A stretch of DNA of 63,844 nucleotides, filler included, from Ministeria vibrans ATCC 50519 (taxonomy: Eukaryota; Protista; Filasterea): the NCBI GenBank assembly GCA_943704425.1. It is 7 parts of 7 records of this genome, joined end to end, with 100 filler letters (N's around TTAATTAATTAA, not from the genome) between each part and the next. Parts side by side here need not be neighbours in the genome. Positions count along the whole stretch, not along the records: positions 1 to 20,467 come from CALSCP010000600.1; 6 more parts are not named here. The stretch is one strand, 5' to 3'. Each line of letters begins with the position of its first letter. Within the stretch, counting starts at the first letter, position 1. The notes beneath the pieces are model-generated. The model was not told where the DNA came from. It was given only the letters and a program-made list of their open reading frames with translations, and did not search any database. Position numbers and translations under genes: made by a program. Shown here one piece after another: positions 1 through 11,068 of the stretch.

Positions 1-64
1 TAAAAATGAAGAAGAATTTCCAATTATTTATTATCTATTTGCTCTATATATTTTTCTTATTTGC

Positions 65-1213
65 ATGACTTCGTATTTGGAGGTCCTGGGAAACACGAGT
101 GTAGCCACTATTCATGTGTGTGTTCCGCAAGAGCGATCGTGGCGAGTGCGCATCGGGCTCAGTCGGGTTGAGCTTGTGCTGCGCGACAGTCGTGTGCAAA
201 CGCTCGCTCAATTTCCGCCCGGGATCACCATCGAGTTGGCGCGTGCCCAGCAGCAAGCGACAGTGCATCCAGGCGGAGTTTCCATGAGGATACCCCTGTT
301 GCTGAGCGACGCGCAGCGCGAAACGTTGGCAAACGAAGGCAAGGTCGACGTCGATGGTGATGATGCGAAACGATGTGCTTCGTCGGTGCAGTGTCGACGC
401 TGCGCCGCGTCGTTTGTCACCGGCGACACCGGCGGACAGCTTGAGGTGTTGCCCATGCCATCGCTGTACTGGGCGGAAACGCTGGAGGCGTGGATGTGCC
501 ACGGCGATGGGCTGCCAAAGCAGGCCATGGAGGAGTCTCGGTCAGGGTTGCTCCTGCCGCGTCACGGCACCTGTCTCTCGTCGCCCGTCCACTTTGTGTA
601 CCGCATCGAGGATACGACTAATCTTGCGTTTGACGACTGTGCAGTGTCTCTCGCGACGGTGCGCTGTCGACGGTGCGCTCGTGTGGTGGGCGAGTCGCTG
701 AATCCTCGCGCCGGTTTGGACAATCCCAATGCCTCAGAGGCTGCCCAGAGCACTCTACCTGTTGTCGGTGTACGGCTGTTCCGCCATCGACTGCGTGACG
801 ACGCAAGCGTTGAAGCGTTTGTGGCGCGGCACCTTGCAGACGTGGTGCGCACCGAAGTCACCGGCAAACTGCTAGTGCACCCTGAGCGAGGCGACGGCCG
901 ACACCACGCTGATCACGCCGTGCTGCTGTGGTCTTTTGGGGAAACATCCGTAATCTCTTCGACCGATCCCTCACGTATGCGACGTGCGCTCAAGGTGCGC
1001 TATCGTGTTGCAATGCAAAAAAACGAAAAGGATGCGGCCTTTACGGACGAGTTCAAAATGTGGCTCGCCGACATGAACGTGCGCACTCTGCCCTTGGATG
1101 TTTCAGTTTGTATTGAGCTCGCGACCATTCTCGCACGTCGTACTCTTGATCTACCCCCCTGGTTGCGACAGCCTCGCGAACCAAACATGCAATTCTCCTT
1201 TTTGGAGTTGTAA
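65..1213 (+). CDS. UBE3D: E3 ubiquitin-protein ligase E3D-like (HECT_2 family), single exon
   Basis: 382-aa ORF with CxxC (CRRC) followed by LPMPSLYWAETLEAWMCH, resembling the UBE3D LPLPSxxWxxxxxxWxCH motif; second CxxC (CRRCARVVG); C-terminal 'TLDLPPWLR...FSFL'. Confidence 0.75.
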   Translation: MTSYLEVLGNTSVATIHVCVPQERSWRVRIGLSRVELVLRDSRVQTLAQFPPGITIELARAQQQATVHPGGVSMRIPLLLSDAQRETLANEGKVDVDGDDAKRCASSVQCRRCAASFVTGDTGGQLEVLPMPSLYWAETLEAWMCHGDGLPKQAMEESRSGLLLPRHGTCLSSPVHFVYRIEDTTNLAFDDCAVSLATVRCRRCARVVGESLNPRAGLDNPNASEAAQSTLPVVGVRLFRHRLRDDASVEAFVARHLADVVRTEVTGKLLVHPERGDGRHHADHAVLLWSFGETSVISSTDPSRMRRALKVRYRVAMQKNEKDAAFTDEFKMWLADMNVRTLPLDVSVCIELATILARRTLDLPPWLRQPREPNMQFSFLEL

Positions 1214-1295
1214 ATAAATAGTAAAAGTAAAATATTATTATAGTGTTTGTTTTTTATTATTATTTTCAATTATTATTATTATATTCGCTCTTTTG

Positions 1296-2112
1296 ATGAC
1301 TACGCATCCTATAGTCCTGAAACAAGTCTTTGGGCTGCAAAGTCGACTGGGAAACAGCACAGGGTTTCTCGACGATTGCACGGTACACTTGTCTCTTTTT
1401 TGTTCCTCGCTCTCCGAATACACACGTAGAATTACGAGATTCCCTTGTAACCCCTAGCACCAATGCGTGTTGCTGCTACTTCAACTGTTTTGCACCTCAA
1501 ACTGCTCATTTTTTAAAGACGTTGTCAAGGGCAACGCTTCTTTCGCACTCATGATATGTACCCCGATCTAGATTGTCTACCCAAGCGGCTCCAACATTGT
1601 CTTGTACAATGACGAACAGAAATCGCAAAGGTTTATCACCATGGGTGACGACTCAAAGGTTTGTGAGAGGCAATAATATCTATCTCGTTTTGTTTTTACG
1701 TTTCTGCATATTATCACTATAATAGGGCATCACAGCAACAGCAATCAGTCCCAATCGACGATACATCGCCGTGTCGGAGCAGGGCGATCATCAGCCAACA
1801 GTGACGATCTTTGACTTGCATTCGCTCAAAAAACGAAAGGTGAGAAATTATCAGAAATGTATTCGTACTGCGCATGCACTTCTCGAAGCTCATAATAATA
1901 TTACCCTCAAATTTATACTATTATAATTCTTAGGTTCTTGTCGACAATGATTCGACAAACAGTACTAGTTCACATATTGTTGCCATGGCTTTTTCTCACG
2001 ACTCAAAGGTAAGCGCATAATTATTATGGTCAGAATGGGATGGAGATAATACGGTGTCAATTGCAATCATTATTATACTAGTTACAATAAATTATTATTG
2101 TTATTATTATTA

Positions 2113-2203
<91 letters not shown>

Positions 2204-5200
2204 ATGGGTTGTATTCTTCTTCTTGTTATTATCATTATTAAATGTCTTCTTCTTCTATCAATTTTAATAATATGACTATTAGTACATCGCGACTCAAAGC
2301 TCGGGCCCTGACTGGACCTTGACTTATTGGGGCTGGGAGAAGAACAAAGTCTTGGGGAAGATGCGCAGCAGCAATTCGGCGGGTGCCGCAGTGCGTTGCA
2401 TTGTGTTCAATCCCCACGACAGCGCCGTCATGTGTGTCGCTGGCGATGGTCTTTTCAAGCTCTTCCGCTTTGCCGATCGCACTCTCAAGCAGCTGGCCGT
2501 TCAAAAACTCGACCCACAAAACTACACGTCAGTTGCATGGCTGCCCGATCAAGGTACGCAATCCATGATTGTCAGAAAGAAAGAAAGAAAACAACATTAA
2601 CAATATGAATCGCTCATAATAATTAAATATTATTGTTCATGACTGTGAATATAACATACTCTATTATTTTTGTCGATATCTAATGTAATGAATGTCTAAG
2701 TTTCTTTTACTTTTGTTTTTTTTTAGATCGAATCGTGGCGGGCACTGAGGCGGGCAAGTTGCTGCTGTTTGAAGGAGGAGTGTTCAAGACGTTCCTTGCC
2801 ACAGCACAAGAGAAGGGCGACACAGGGCATGTCGATCAGCAGAGCGCAGGGTTCTCGTTGGCGCGCAGCATTGATTGCATTGCGGTGCACAGTCGGGGCT
2901 TTGTATGCAGTGGAGCGGCAGGCACTGCCCTTTACTACGAGGCGGGAGACACACCTAAGTCGCTGTACCGTCTCACGCGCGAACTAACGGTGGTGCCGTG
3001 CTCCTCGGAGCCCGTCATCCCCATGGAGAACGAACATGTGGTGCCGCCAGAGTCGGTTGTATCGGTGAGTGTGAGTCCCTCTGAGGATATCATTGTGTGT
3101 GCCACGAGCAACGGGCTCCTCTACCGCATTGGCCTGAGTGCGGACGGCGGCTTTAATGATCAGTTCTCGACAATGGCGCAGCCGTTCCATCACGGACCCG
3201 TGACGGGTGTCGCCACGTGCACACAGAAGCCACTGGTGGTGTCTTGCAGTCGTGACCGTTCAGTTCGCGTGTGGGACTACCTCAAGGGTACTCTGGTGCT
3301 GGCCAAGTACTTTTCTGAGGAGGCACACTCGTGCGCGCTGCATCCCACGGGCCACTACGCACTCGTGGGCTTTGGCGACAAAGTGCGCCTGCTCAAATTG
3401 CTCGTCAACGACATTGTTTGTGTGCGCGAGCTGCCTGTGCGCGCGAGTCGCCGTTGCGCCTTCAGCCACGGCGGCCATTACTTTGCCGTCGCCAATGCCT
3501 CCCTTGTGCACATCTACGCCATGTTTCCCAGTCGTAGCGGCACTTCAACGTCCAGTGTGAGCTCTTCGGGTCTCAGTGGTACTGGTGGCGGTGGAGAGCC
3601 ACTGGTGACGCTCAAGGGTCACAATGGCACGGTGCACGGTCTCTCCTGGTCGGCCGACGATCGCCACTTGGTGAGCTGTGGCACAGATGGAGCGGTATAC
3701 GAGTGGTGCGTGGAGACGCAGCGGCGCTCGTCCGAGGTTGTCATCAAGTCGTGTCAGTACACGGACGTGAGCGTTGCTGGCGGCGACCAGCAGCACGCCG
3801 CGACTGCGTACGCCGTAGGTACAGATGGCATGCTGCGCGAGACACGTGCAAGCCAAGTGGTGTCAGAGGTACTGGCAACAGCGCCGCTACGTACCTGCTC
3901 CACGGGTCTGACATTACCTGCAGCACACACCATCTTTGTACATCTCGCCATGGCGTACGACGGTAAAAATATGTACGCAGCAACGAACAGAGGGACTGTG
4001 TGCGCTTTTCGACGAAGCAACGATGGCATGCACATCGAATACGGTGACAATGATAATGATGATGATGGTGATGACAACAGTAATGGCAATGCGGCAACTG
4101 TAGTCATGAGGGTCGATGGCAGGCGAGACGACGACCACGACAACGACGAGAAACAGTCGCACGCTCGGACGGGCATTGCGGACTGGCTGCGGTCTGATGA
4201 GTGCAAAGCGCATGTGGGCTTGGTGACGTGCATTGCCGTGTCGGGCGACGACTCGCTGGTGGTGACCGGCGGCGAAGACGGTGCAGTGTGCGTGTTTGAC
4301 TGTGGTGTGCGCGGCGAGCAGGAGCAACAGCGTATGCTCAGCCGCCGGCGCGTCTGGGCTGACGATGTGCTTGTGGCGCGGTCGTACCTGGAGTCGCATG
4401 AGGCAGAGCGAATGGCGCTGCAGGCGCGTGCTGACGAGCTACAGATGGAGAACGAGTACAAACTGCGTTTGCAGGAGTTGGCCAGCAACGAGAAAATGAA
4501 GGAGACAAGTGGACGGTTTGGCACGGAGATTGAGGGGTTGCGACAGCTGTTGGAGCAGTCGCGAATGGACCGGGAGAAGGCGGATGCGCGCAACGAAGAG
4601 ACGGTGCGCGAGGGTGAACAGATGCACGCGCGCGCCTTGCAAGAGGTGGAGCGCAGCCACAACGATCAAATGATGGAGGAACACCGCAAGTATGCGGTTT
4701 TGCTGGAACAGCGTGACGCACTGGAGCGACGCATTACCGAGCAGGCAACGAGCATGGCCGATGAGCAGCGACTGGCACTCGAGGAGATGAGCGAGTTGTA
4801 TGAGACGAAGCTGCGTGAGGTACGAGAACAGCTGGCACAGGCGCGCACGGAGGGCAGCGAGCGGGCGAGGGCATTAGGTACGACTCTGACGCAGACGGAG
4901 GAGGACGCCGACCGTGAGATTGTCGAGCTCAAGTCGCAGTACGAGAAGCGTCTGTACGACGAGGGCGCACTCGTGACCAAGCTCAAGGGCGAGAACGGGA
5001 TACTGCGCAAGAAGTTTGAGCGATTTCAGCGGGAGCTCAGCGACGGAGTGGCTCGGATGGAGCGAAGTGCCGAGGAAGAGCGACGGCTGACGAGTACGAT
5101 TCGGTCGCTGCAGAGGGACGTTGGAGCTCTCAAGAAGGCCATTGGTGAGCGGGACGAGACCATTCGCGAGCGTGACCGACGTGTCACGGAGCTCAAGAAG

Positions 5201-5280
5201 AAGAATCAGGTGCAATAGTTGATGTGTGGAAGATGTGTGTGTACCATGTGTATCCTTTCGATTCTTATACTTGTAAATTC

Positions 5281-5321
<41 letters not shown>

Positions 5322-6253
5322 TAGGAGTTGGAAAAGTTCAAGTTTGTGCTCGATCACAAGATTACGCATTTGAATGAGCAGATTGAGCCACGCGAGCGAG
5401 ATATCAGTGGAATGAAAGAGCAAATTGGAGAGATGGACAGTGAACTGCGGACGTACCAGCGACAGAACCAGACACTGTTGCACACAATTGAGGAGATGCG
5501 GTAGGCCATGACCCATGCAACGTGTCGACACTCATTGATGCGTCTGCTGACAATGATGTTGCTGGCCTAGGGGGAAGCTGAGGGGGAGCGAGCGGGACAT
5601 GGCAACGGCGCGCAAGCGGATGCTGGAGAGCGAGACACGCAATCGGGTGTTGCGTGCAGACATTCACAAGTGCGCACAGCTCATTCAGGTAAGGAGACGA
5701 AGAGGCACGTGGCTTAATGAAGATGGCACACCTATGGAAACGTGTGTAGGATCCCAAGGGACTACGGGAGAGTGTGAAGCAGATGTACAGTGCACACGTG
5801 CGAGATGAGGATGGGGCCGAGCAGACGGCGGACGAGGCCATGCAGGCCGAGTATCAGCGTCAGCGAGCCTTTCTGGAGCGGTCGGTGAGTGTTCTGCAGG
5901 CCAAGCTGGACCAAGACGGCGACCGCCACAAGACGGACAACTTGCGCGTGATGCAGGAGAATGTCGCACTCATCCGCGAGATCAATCGGTTGCGCAGTGA
6001 GCTCAAGGCGAGCGAAGGGCGCCAGAAGGGCGGTAGCGGTAGTGGTAGTGGGTGGGCGGATGCGACTGCTTTGACGAGTGTACGCGTGGACGAGCTCACC
6101 CGTCTGATCGCAGTGCAGAAGCACGAAATGGCTCAGTTGCGGGCGCGCATTGCGGAGCTGGAGATTGTGCGGGGAACTGCGACACTCGCAAGCGACGACC
6201 CGCCCTCATCCCGCGCCCGCCAGAGACAGCAGTTACCGCCCGTCAGCATGTAA
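1296..6253 (+). CDS. CFAP57: Cilia/flagella-associated WD40 + coiled-coil protein CFAP57 (WDR65), multi-exon
   Basis: Manual splicing from ATG at 1296 gives MTTHPIVLKQVFGLQSRLGNSTGFLDDCT | IVYPSGSNIVLYNDEQKSQRFI | ..ISPNRRYIAVSE.. | ..AMAFSHDSK | YIAT..YWGWEK..LFKLFRFADRTLKQ | large exon 2727-5209 (WD repeats, LQMENEYKLRL, LKGENGILRKKF, LKKKNQ) | ELEKFKFVLDHKI | ..EYQRQRAFLERSV..MQENVALIREINRLR. All introns examined are GT-AG. Confidence 0.93.
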
Positions 6254-6367
6254 AAGTGACACACTCGACGACGGCGGAATTAGACGAAAGTGAACTCAAG
6301 AAAATAAAATTAGATGACTATGGTTTTGAAATGTTTGAAGAGAAAAGGAAAACAAAGAAATACACAA

Positions 6368-7646
6368 TTACAACAAATCAGAGTGATCATCTTTCTTGTG
6401 AAGGAGAAGGAGAGTGATGAGGGCGGGCAGATGGAAAAGACTGATGAAGAAGGCGTTGCGCGCCGTCTTCTCGTTGGGCTTACGGTGGAACTGGTATGTA
6501 CGCCAGAGCAGAGCTGCATTGGCAATGGTCGAGTCGGCCGCGAAATACAGCGACGTGACGTCAAAGACACTCAGCGACCAGCACAGCGGGAACAACAGGA
6601 GACTGTATCGCAGTGCGACACGCGTACACAGCTCCGGGTGCGACACTGCCATCATTTTGTATCCGGCTCTAAATGAGAAACAAAAAATTAGTAATATCCT
6701 GTCCCCGTCATTGCGCTTTCGCTGCCGCGTCGCATACCGTTGGTAGTCCTTTTTAATGTTCCAGCTGAGTGCATTGAAGTGAGGAAATTGCCAGGCAAAA
6801 AGAATACCAGCGAGTCCCCAGGCGCCCGGATGAAGCAGGCCGGCCGCGCCACAGCAGGCGGTCCAGCCCATCAGGGGCGGAAGAGCACCCACTGCACTCC
6901 CCACCCACGTGTTGACGATGGTGCGACGCTTCAAGGGAGTGTACACTGCAGCGTACAGACCAATGTTGGCCAGGCCAATCAGCGCGGTGGCCGCATTCAC
7001 CTGGTTGAGAAGTGTGAGAATGGACAAGACAAAGGAAGAAGAGAGAGAGAAAAAAAAAAAGATGACTGGAGCGAATCTTCGGAGGTGTTGCGTCTACCTG
7101 ACAGGCCAGAGTGACTACTCCCGAGACTCCCGAGAAAATAGCAAACGCGAGCGCCTGGTTTGGCGTGAGGGCGCCGCGAACGAGAACGCGGTTTCGCGTG
7201 CGCATCATTTTGGAGTCGTACGGAATCTCAGTCCACTGGTTGAAGGCGTTTGCGGACGCAGCACACGCTGCAGTCCCGGCGGTTGTCCACAAGAGCGTGC
7301 TGGCATCAAGAACGCCTGGAGCAACGGCGTACCCGGCCATGGCAGTGAGGACAACGAGAGACGTCAAACGCGACTTGGACAGCTCGGCGAAAAGACCGGG
7401 GTACTGTGCGAGTGTCGGCGGCGCAGTGACCTTGCGAATAGGCGGAAGGTCTGCATCGCTGTCGTCTGCGGTGTTGCAGTCGGCAACCGGCGCTGATGCG
7501 TCGGTCGCAGTGGCGGCAGAGCAGTGTGCTTTGGCGGGCTTGGTGGAGAAGACGACTCGTCGTAATAAGAGCACATCACGGCCGAGACGCGACGATTGTC
7601 TCCACGTAGGCGATAGTGCTCGAGACCATGCTAGACCCAGCAGCAT
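6368..7646 (-). CDS. COX10: Protoheme IX farnesyltransferase (heme O synthase), 3 exons
   Basis: ELSKSRLTSLVVLT, ANAFNQWTEIPYDSKMMRTRNRVLVRG, YTPLKRRTIVNTWVGSAVGALPPLMGW, WQFPHFNALSW..AGYKMM motifs; Arg-rich mitochondrial presequence. Confidence 0.95.
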
Positions 7647-7774
7647 GACAGGAGACGGCAAGAGTATGATGAGTGAATGAAAAATTGATAATAGTGATCA
7701 AGTCATTGAATAATGAATAGTACTTTTCGCTTACGCCCTGGCAAGTGTGGATCGTTCCGCTCGCCGTCGTCAGG

Positions 7775-7912
7775 ATGTCCCGGGGATCGCGTGTCAGCTA
7801 CTTCTACGATGCCGACGTCGGCAAGTTCCACTACGGCATTGGCCATCCGATGAAACCCCATCGCCTGACGCTCACCCACAATCTCGTACTACACTACGGC
7901 CTGTGGAAGAAG
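7775..7912 (+). CDS. HDAC3: Class I histone deacetylase (HDAC3-type) first exon only; remaining exons not found in this contig
   Basis: [46 protein letters not shown] followed by a phase-0 GT donor at 7913; nearly identical to the HDAC3 N-terminus ([30 protein letters not shown]). Confidence 0.85.
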
Positions 7913-8459
7913 GTACTCTCCCACGCCACACACCGCCTCACGCACACCGCCAAGACAACTCTGCTTCTACTTGTCGTTTTTTTTTTTTTTTTTTTTTTTT
8001 TTTTTCACTCACTGCTCACTTCACTTCTTTTGCTCACTTCACTCCTTTTGCTCACTGTCTTCTTATATAACATATATCCACGTTCACTAATCACTTTAAT
8101 GCGCACTGTATTGCTCCATTAATAAAAACCAATGAAATAAAAAAATAGGGAATAAAGAGCTGTACTCAATGTCAAAACAAGACAATACAAAACAAAGAGC
8201 AGCACAATACATCCGCCGTATACTTCAAGACGAGATTGTCCCGAAAGAAGCCCATAGACCCACTGACCAATGAAATATATAATATTTCATTTTCTCCTTC
8301 CTTCTCTTGTTAATTCAAGTTGTGCATGTTGTGTTTCACACACACAGTTTTGTTGGTTGATGCGTCACTTGTAGCATCTACCATTTGATTGTTGATAAAT
8401 TTGTTATTTGATATTTTGATTTGATTCACTTGTTTGTTACTTGTGTGGCTTGATTCAAA

Positions 8460-10676
8460 ATGGACCCTGAGGAGGCTGCCCTTGAGGCACGACGAGCAGC
8501 ACGACGCGCTCGACTTGCTCAATTGTCAACGCAAGTCTCAACAGAATCCACAAGCGACGATGACATTCAGCGCCGTCGCGAGGCCCGTCGCCGAGCCCGT
8601 GAGGCCGACAGCAGTAGTACTGCCGCCTCGTCGGCTGTCGCGTCGACTGCGGCCTCTGTCGCAGCGCGTCGGGCAAGCCGTGATGACGCCATGAAAAAGG
8701 CGGATTTGGCACCGACTGTTGGCGCTGCGCTGAGCTCAATGCACGCCGACGGTGCTGCTACCGCTGCAGCAGCACCAGCCGACACGAGCACCGACTCCAT
8801 CGAAAAGGAAGCGAGGCGTTTAGCGCGCGAGCGTATCGAAGCAAACAGACGGCGAACTGCAGAGTCCTCCTCCCAATCGGCGGCCGCTGCCCCTGCCTCT
8901 GCCGCTGCTCCGACTGTCACGCCAGCCAACGAAGATGTTGTTGATGTTGAGGCAGAGGCGCGTCGTTTGGCGCGACAGCGTATTGAGGCAAACCGAAAGA
9001 AGAAGGCTGAAGAAGCCGCTGCTGCTACTGCTGCTGCTCCTGCTGCTGCTCCTGCTGCTGCTCCTGCTGCCAACCCCGATCCCACCCCCACTACTGCCCC
9101 TGCGCATCGAATGGACGACGCCGAGTTGGAACGCGAGGCGATGCGTCGGGCGCGAGCGAAAATTGCGGCTGAGGCAGAGGAACGTCGGAAACGCGAGGCG
9201 GAGGCCAAGGCGGCAAAAGAAGAGGCGGAACGCAAGGCGATTGAAGAGGAGGCAATGCGACGTGCACGATTGCAAATTGAGAAGGAACGCGAGCGTAAGC
9301 GTCAGGAGGCTCTTGAAGCGGAGCAGCGCCAAGTGGAGGAACGTCGACGCGAGGAAGAGCGCCGCCAGCAAATCGAACGTGAAGCGATGGTACGGGCACG
9401 TGAAGAGTTTGAGCGGGAGGAGGCGGCACGTCAGAAAAGCGAAGAGGAATTGCTCAAGCAGGAGGAAGCGGAGCGTGAGAGCCGCGAAGAAGAGGCACTT
9501 GCGCGCGCCCGTACTCTCATCGAACAAGACGAAAAGGTCACGAAACAGGCGTTTCTGCGACGTGAACGTAGACGCGCCTCACAAATGTTGACCGAATCAA
9601 GTGCCAATGCGCTCTCGGAAGCAGTTGCGGCCATGGGCACGGCCGAAACAGCGGTGGTGGAGGAGGAGGAGGCATTAACGTCAGCGCCAGTAGAGGCCGA
9701 GACACCACCACGCAAACAGTCCGTGCAGGAGCACGCCAACGCGCCGCCAGTCGGACAAAAAGACGCAGTGCTTGATGGAAAGGGAGAAGAGGACGACTAC
9801 GACGAAGTGGAGAGTGCACCCGCACCTGTTGCATCTACACCCACGCGCACTGCTGCTGCTCCCACCCGTACTGCAGCCACCGCAGCGGCCACACGCGTTG
9901 CGTCGCGAGCAACAACGACAACGACGCGCACCACTGTCACGACATCCATCAAGAAGAAGACGGCGACAAAGGTGACGTCATCGCTTGCGTCGTCCCCGCC
10001 CACCGCTCCCGCTCCTGCTGCTGCCGTCGTCTTTGACGACAGCGCGTCGACGGCTGCTGCATCACGACGCGCCTCGGAGACACCCTTTGTTTCAGGTGCC
10101 AACATGGCCCATGTGACACTGCGTCCCAAGTGGGACCCTACCGAGGCCCGCCGCCAGCGAAGTATGCGCGAGGCCCAGACGGCGCGCGAGCAGTCGCGTC
10201 TCTCGCGTCGCGACCAGGAACTGCAGAACTTGCGTGCGAACGAAGCGGCTCTCAACGGCCAGCATGAGAAACTCAAGGATGACTACTTCGCCCAGGAGCG
10301 CGCCGAAAAGGACGCACACCAGCAGGCGCGCACAACTGCCTCCAAAATCGAAAAGCTACTGGCAACGCAAAGCTACTCGCAACAGACCCGCTCGCGTCTG
10401 CGCGCCGACAACAAGCTGCCCAGTACCCCTCTCAAGAAGCGCCCGGGCCCTGGCATTGCGTCGCGCACTCAGACACCAGGCCACCACAACCGCCCGGCTT
10501 CCACCTCGTCCGCTGACTCCCCTCAGGTGCGCGAGCGTGCCGCGTTCTTCCGTCGCTCCGACTCCCTCTCTCTTTCATCGCAAGACCGCGAGAACCGAAA
10601 GAAGCGTCGTGAAAGGGCCGCCCTTGCTCGTGACGTCTACGTCTCCGGCTCGCCCTCTACCCAATCGCACTGCTGA
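8460..10676 (+). CDS. Hypothetical low-complexity protein with ER/K charged-helix segments
   Basis: 738-aa ORF with ATG in AAAATGG context and GC-rich coding-like codon usage; rich in E/R/K/A; no family recognised. Confidence 0.75.
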   Translation: MDPEEAALEARRAARRARLAQLSTQVSTESTSDDDIQRRREARRRAREADSSSTAASSAVASTAASVAARRASRDDAMKKADLAPTVGAALSSMHADGAATAAAAPADTSTDSIEKEARRLARERIEANRRRTAESSSQSAAAAPASAAAPTVTPANEDVVDVEAEARRLARQRIEANRKKKAEEAAAATAAAPAAAPAAAPAANPDPTPTTAPAHRMDDAELEREAMRRARAKIAAEAEERRKREAEAKAAKEEAERKAIEEEAMRRARLQIEKERERKRQEALEAEQRQVEERRREEERRQQIEREAMVRAREEFEREEAARQKSEEELLKQEEAERESREEEALARARTLIEQDEKVTKQAFLRRERRRASQMLTESSANALSEAVAAMGTAETAVVEEEEALTSAPVEAETPPRKQSVQEHANAPPVGQKDAVLDGKGEEDDYDEVESAPAPVASTPTRTAAAPTRTAATAAATRVASRATTTTTRTTVTTSIKKKTATKVTSSLASSPPTAPAPAAAVVFDDSASTAAASRRASETPFVSGANMAHVTLRPKWDPTEARRQRSMREAQTAREQSRLSRRDQELQNLRANEAALNGQHEKLKDDYFAQERAEKDAHQQARTTASKIEKLLATQSYSQQTRSRLRADNKLPSTPLKKRPGPGIASRTQTPGHHNRPASTSSADSPQVRERAAFFRRSDSLSLSSQDRENRKKRRERAALARDVYVSGSPSTQSHC

Positions 10677-10870
10677 GAGCGAGAGAGAGAGCGAGAGAGA
10701 GGAGGGAGAAAGAAACAAAGTGATCGAGAGAGAGAAAGAAACAAAGTGATAGAGAGAGAGGAGGGAGAAAGAAACAAAGTGATAGAGAGAGAAAGAAACA
10801 AAGTGATAGAGAGAGAGGGAGAAAGAAACAAAGTGATAGAGAGAGAGAAAGAAACAAAGTGATAGAGAAC
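10676..10870. repeat. Compound GA-rich minisatellite (GAGAGAAAGAAACAAAGTGATA)n
   Basis: Six copies of AAAGAAACAAAGTGAT separated by variable (GA)n tracts. Confidence 0.9.
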
Positions 10871-11068
10871 ATAACAATAAAGGAATAAAAATTATGGAAA
10901 GACACGTACACCGAGCACTTAACATGAAACAGCACCGCCGGCATTGGTTGCGACCGCTTTGTCGCAGATGAGCTGTGTAGTCGATCGTTGATCGTCGCTT
11001 GGAATCCTTGAAATCTAGTCAATTTCAGTACTCACCGTCAAATTTATCAAATTATTAACATCTTGGCC

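Noticed and set aside
7775-10676. Fusion of HDAC3 exon 1 to the 8460 ORF
   Set aside because: The nearest upstream acceptor (TTGTAG at about 8374) meets a stop in phase 0, and the 8460 ORF has its own good start context.
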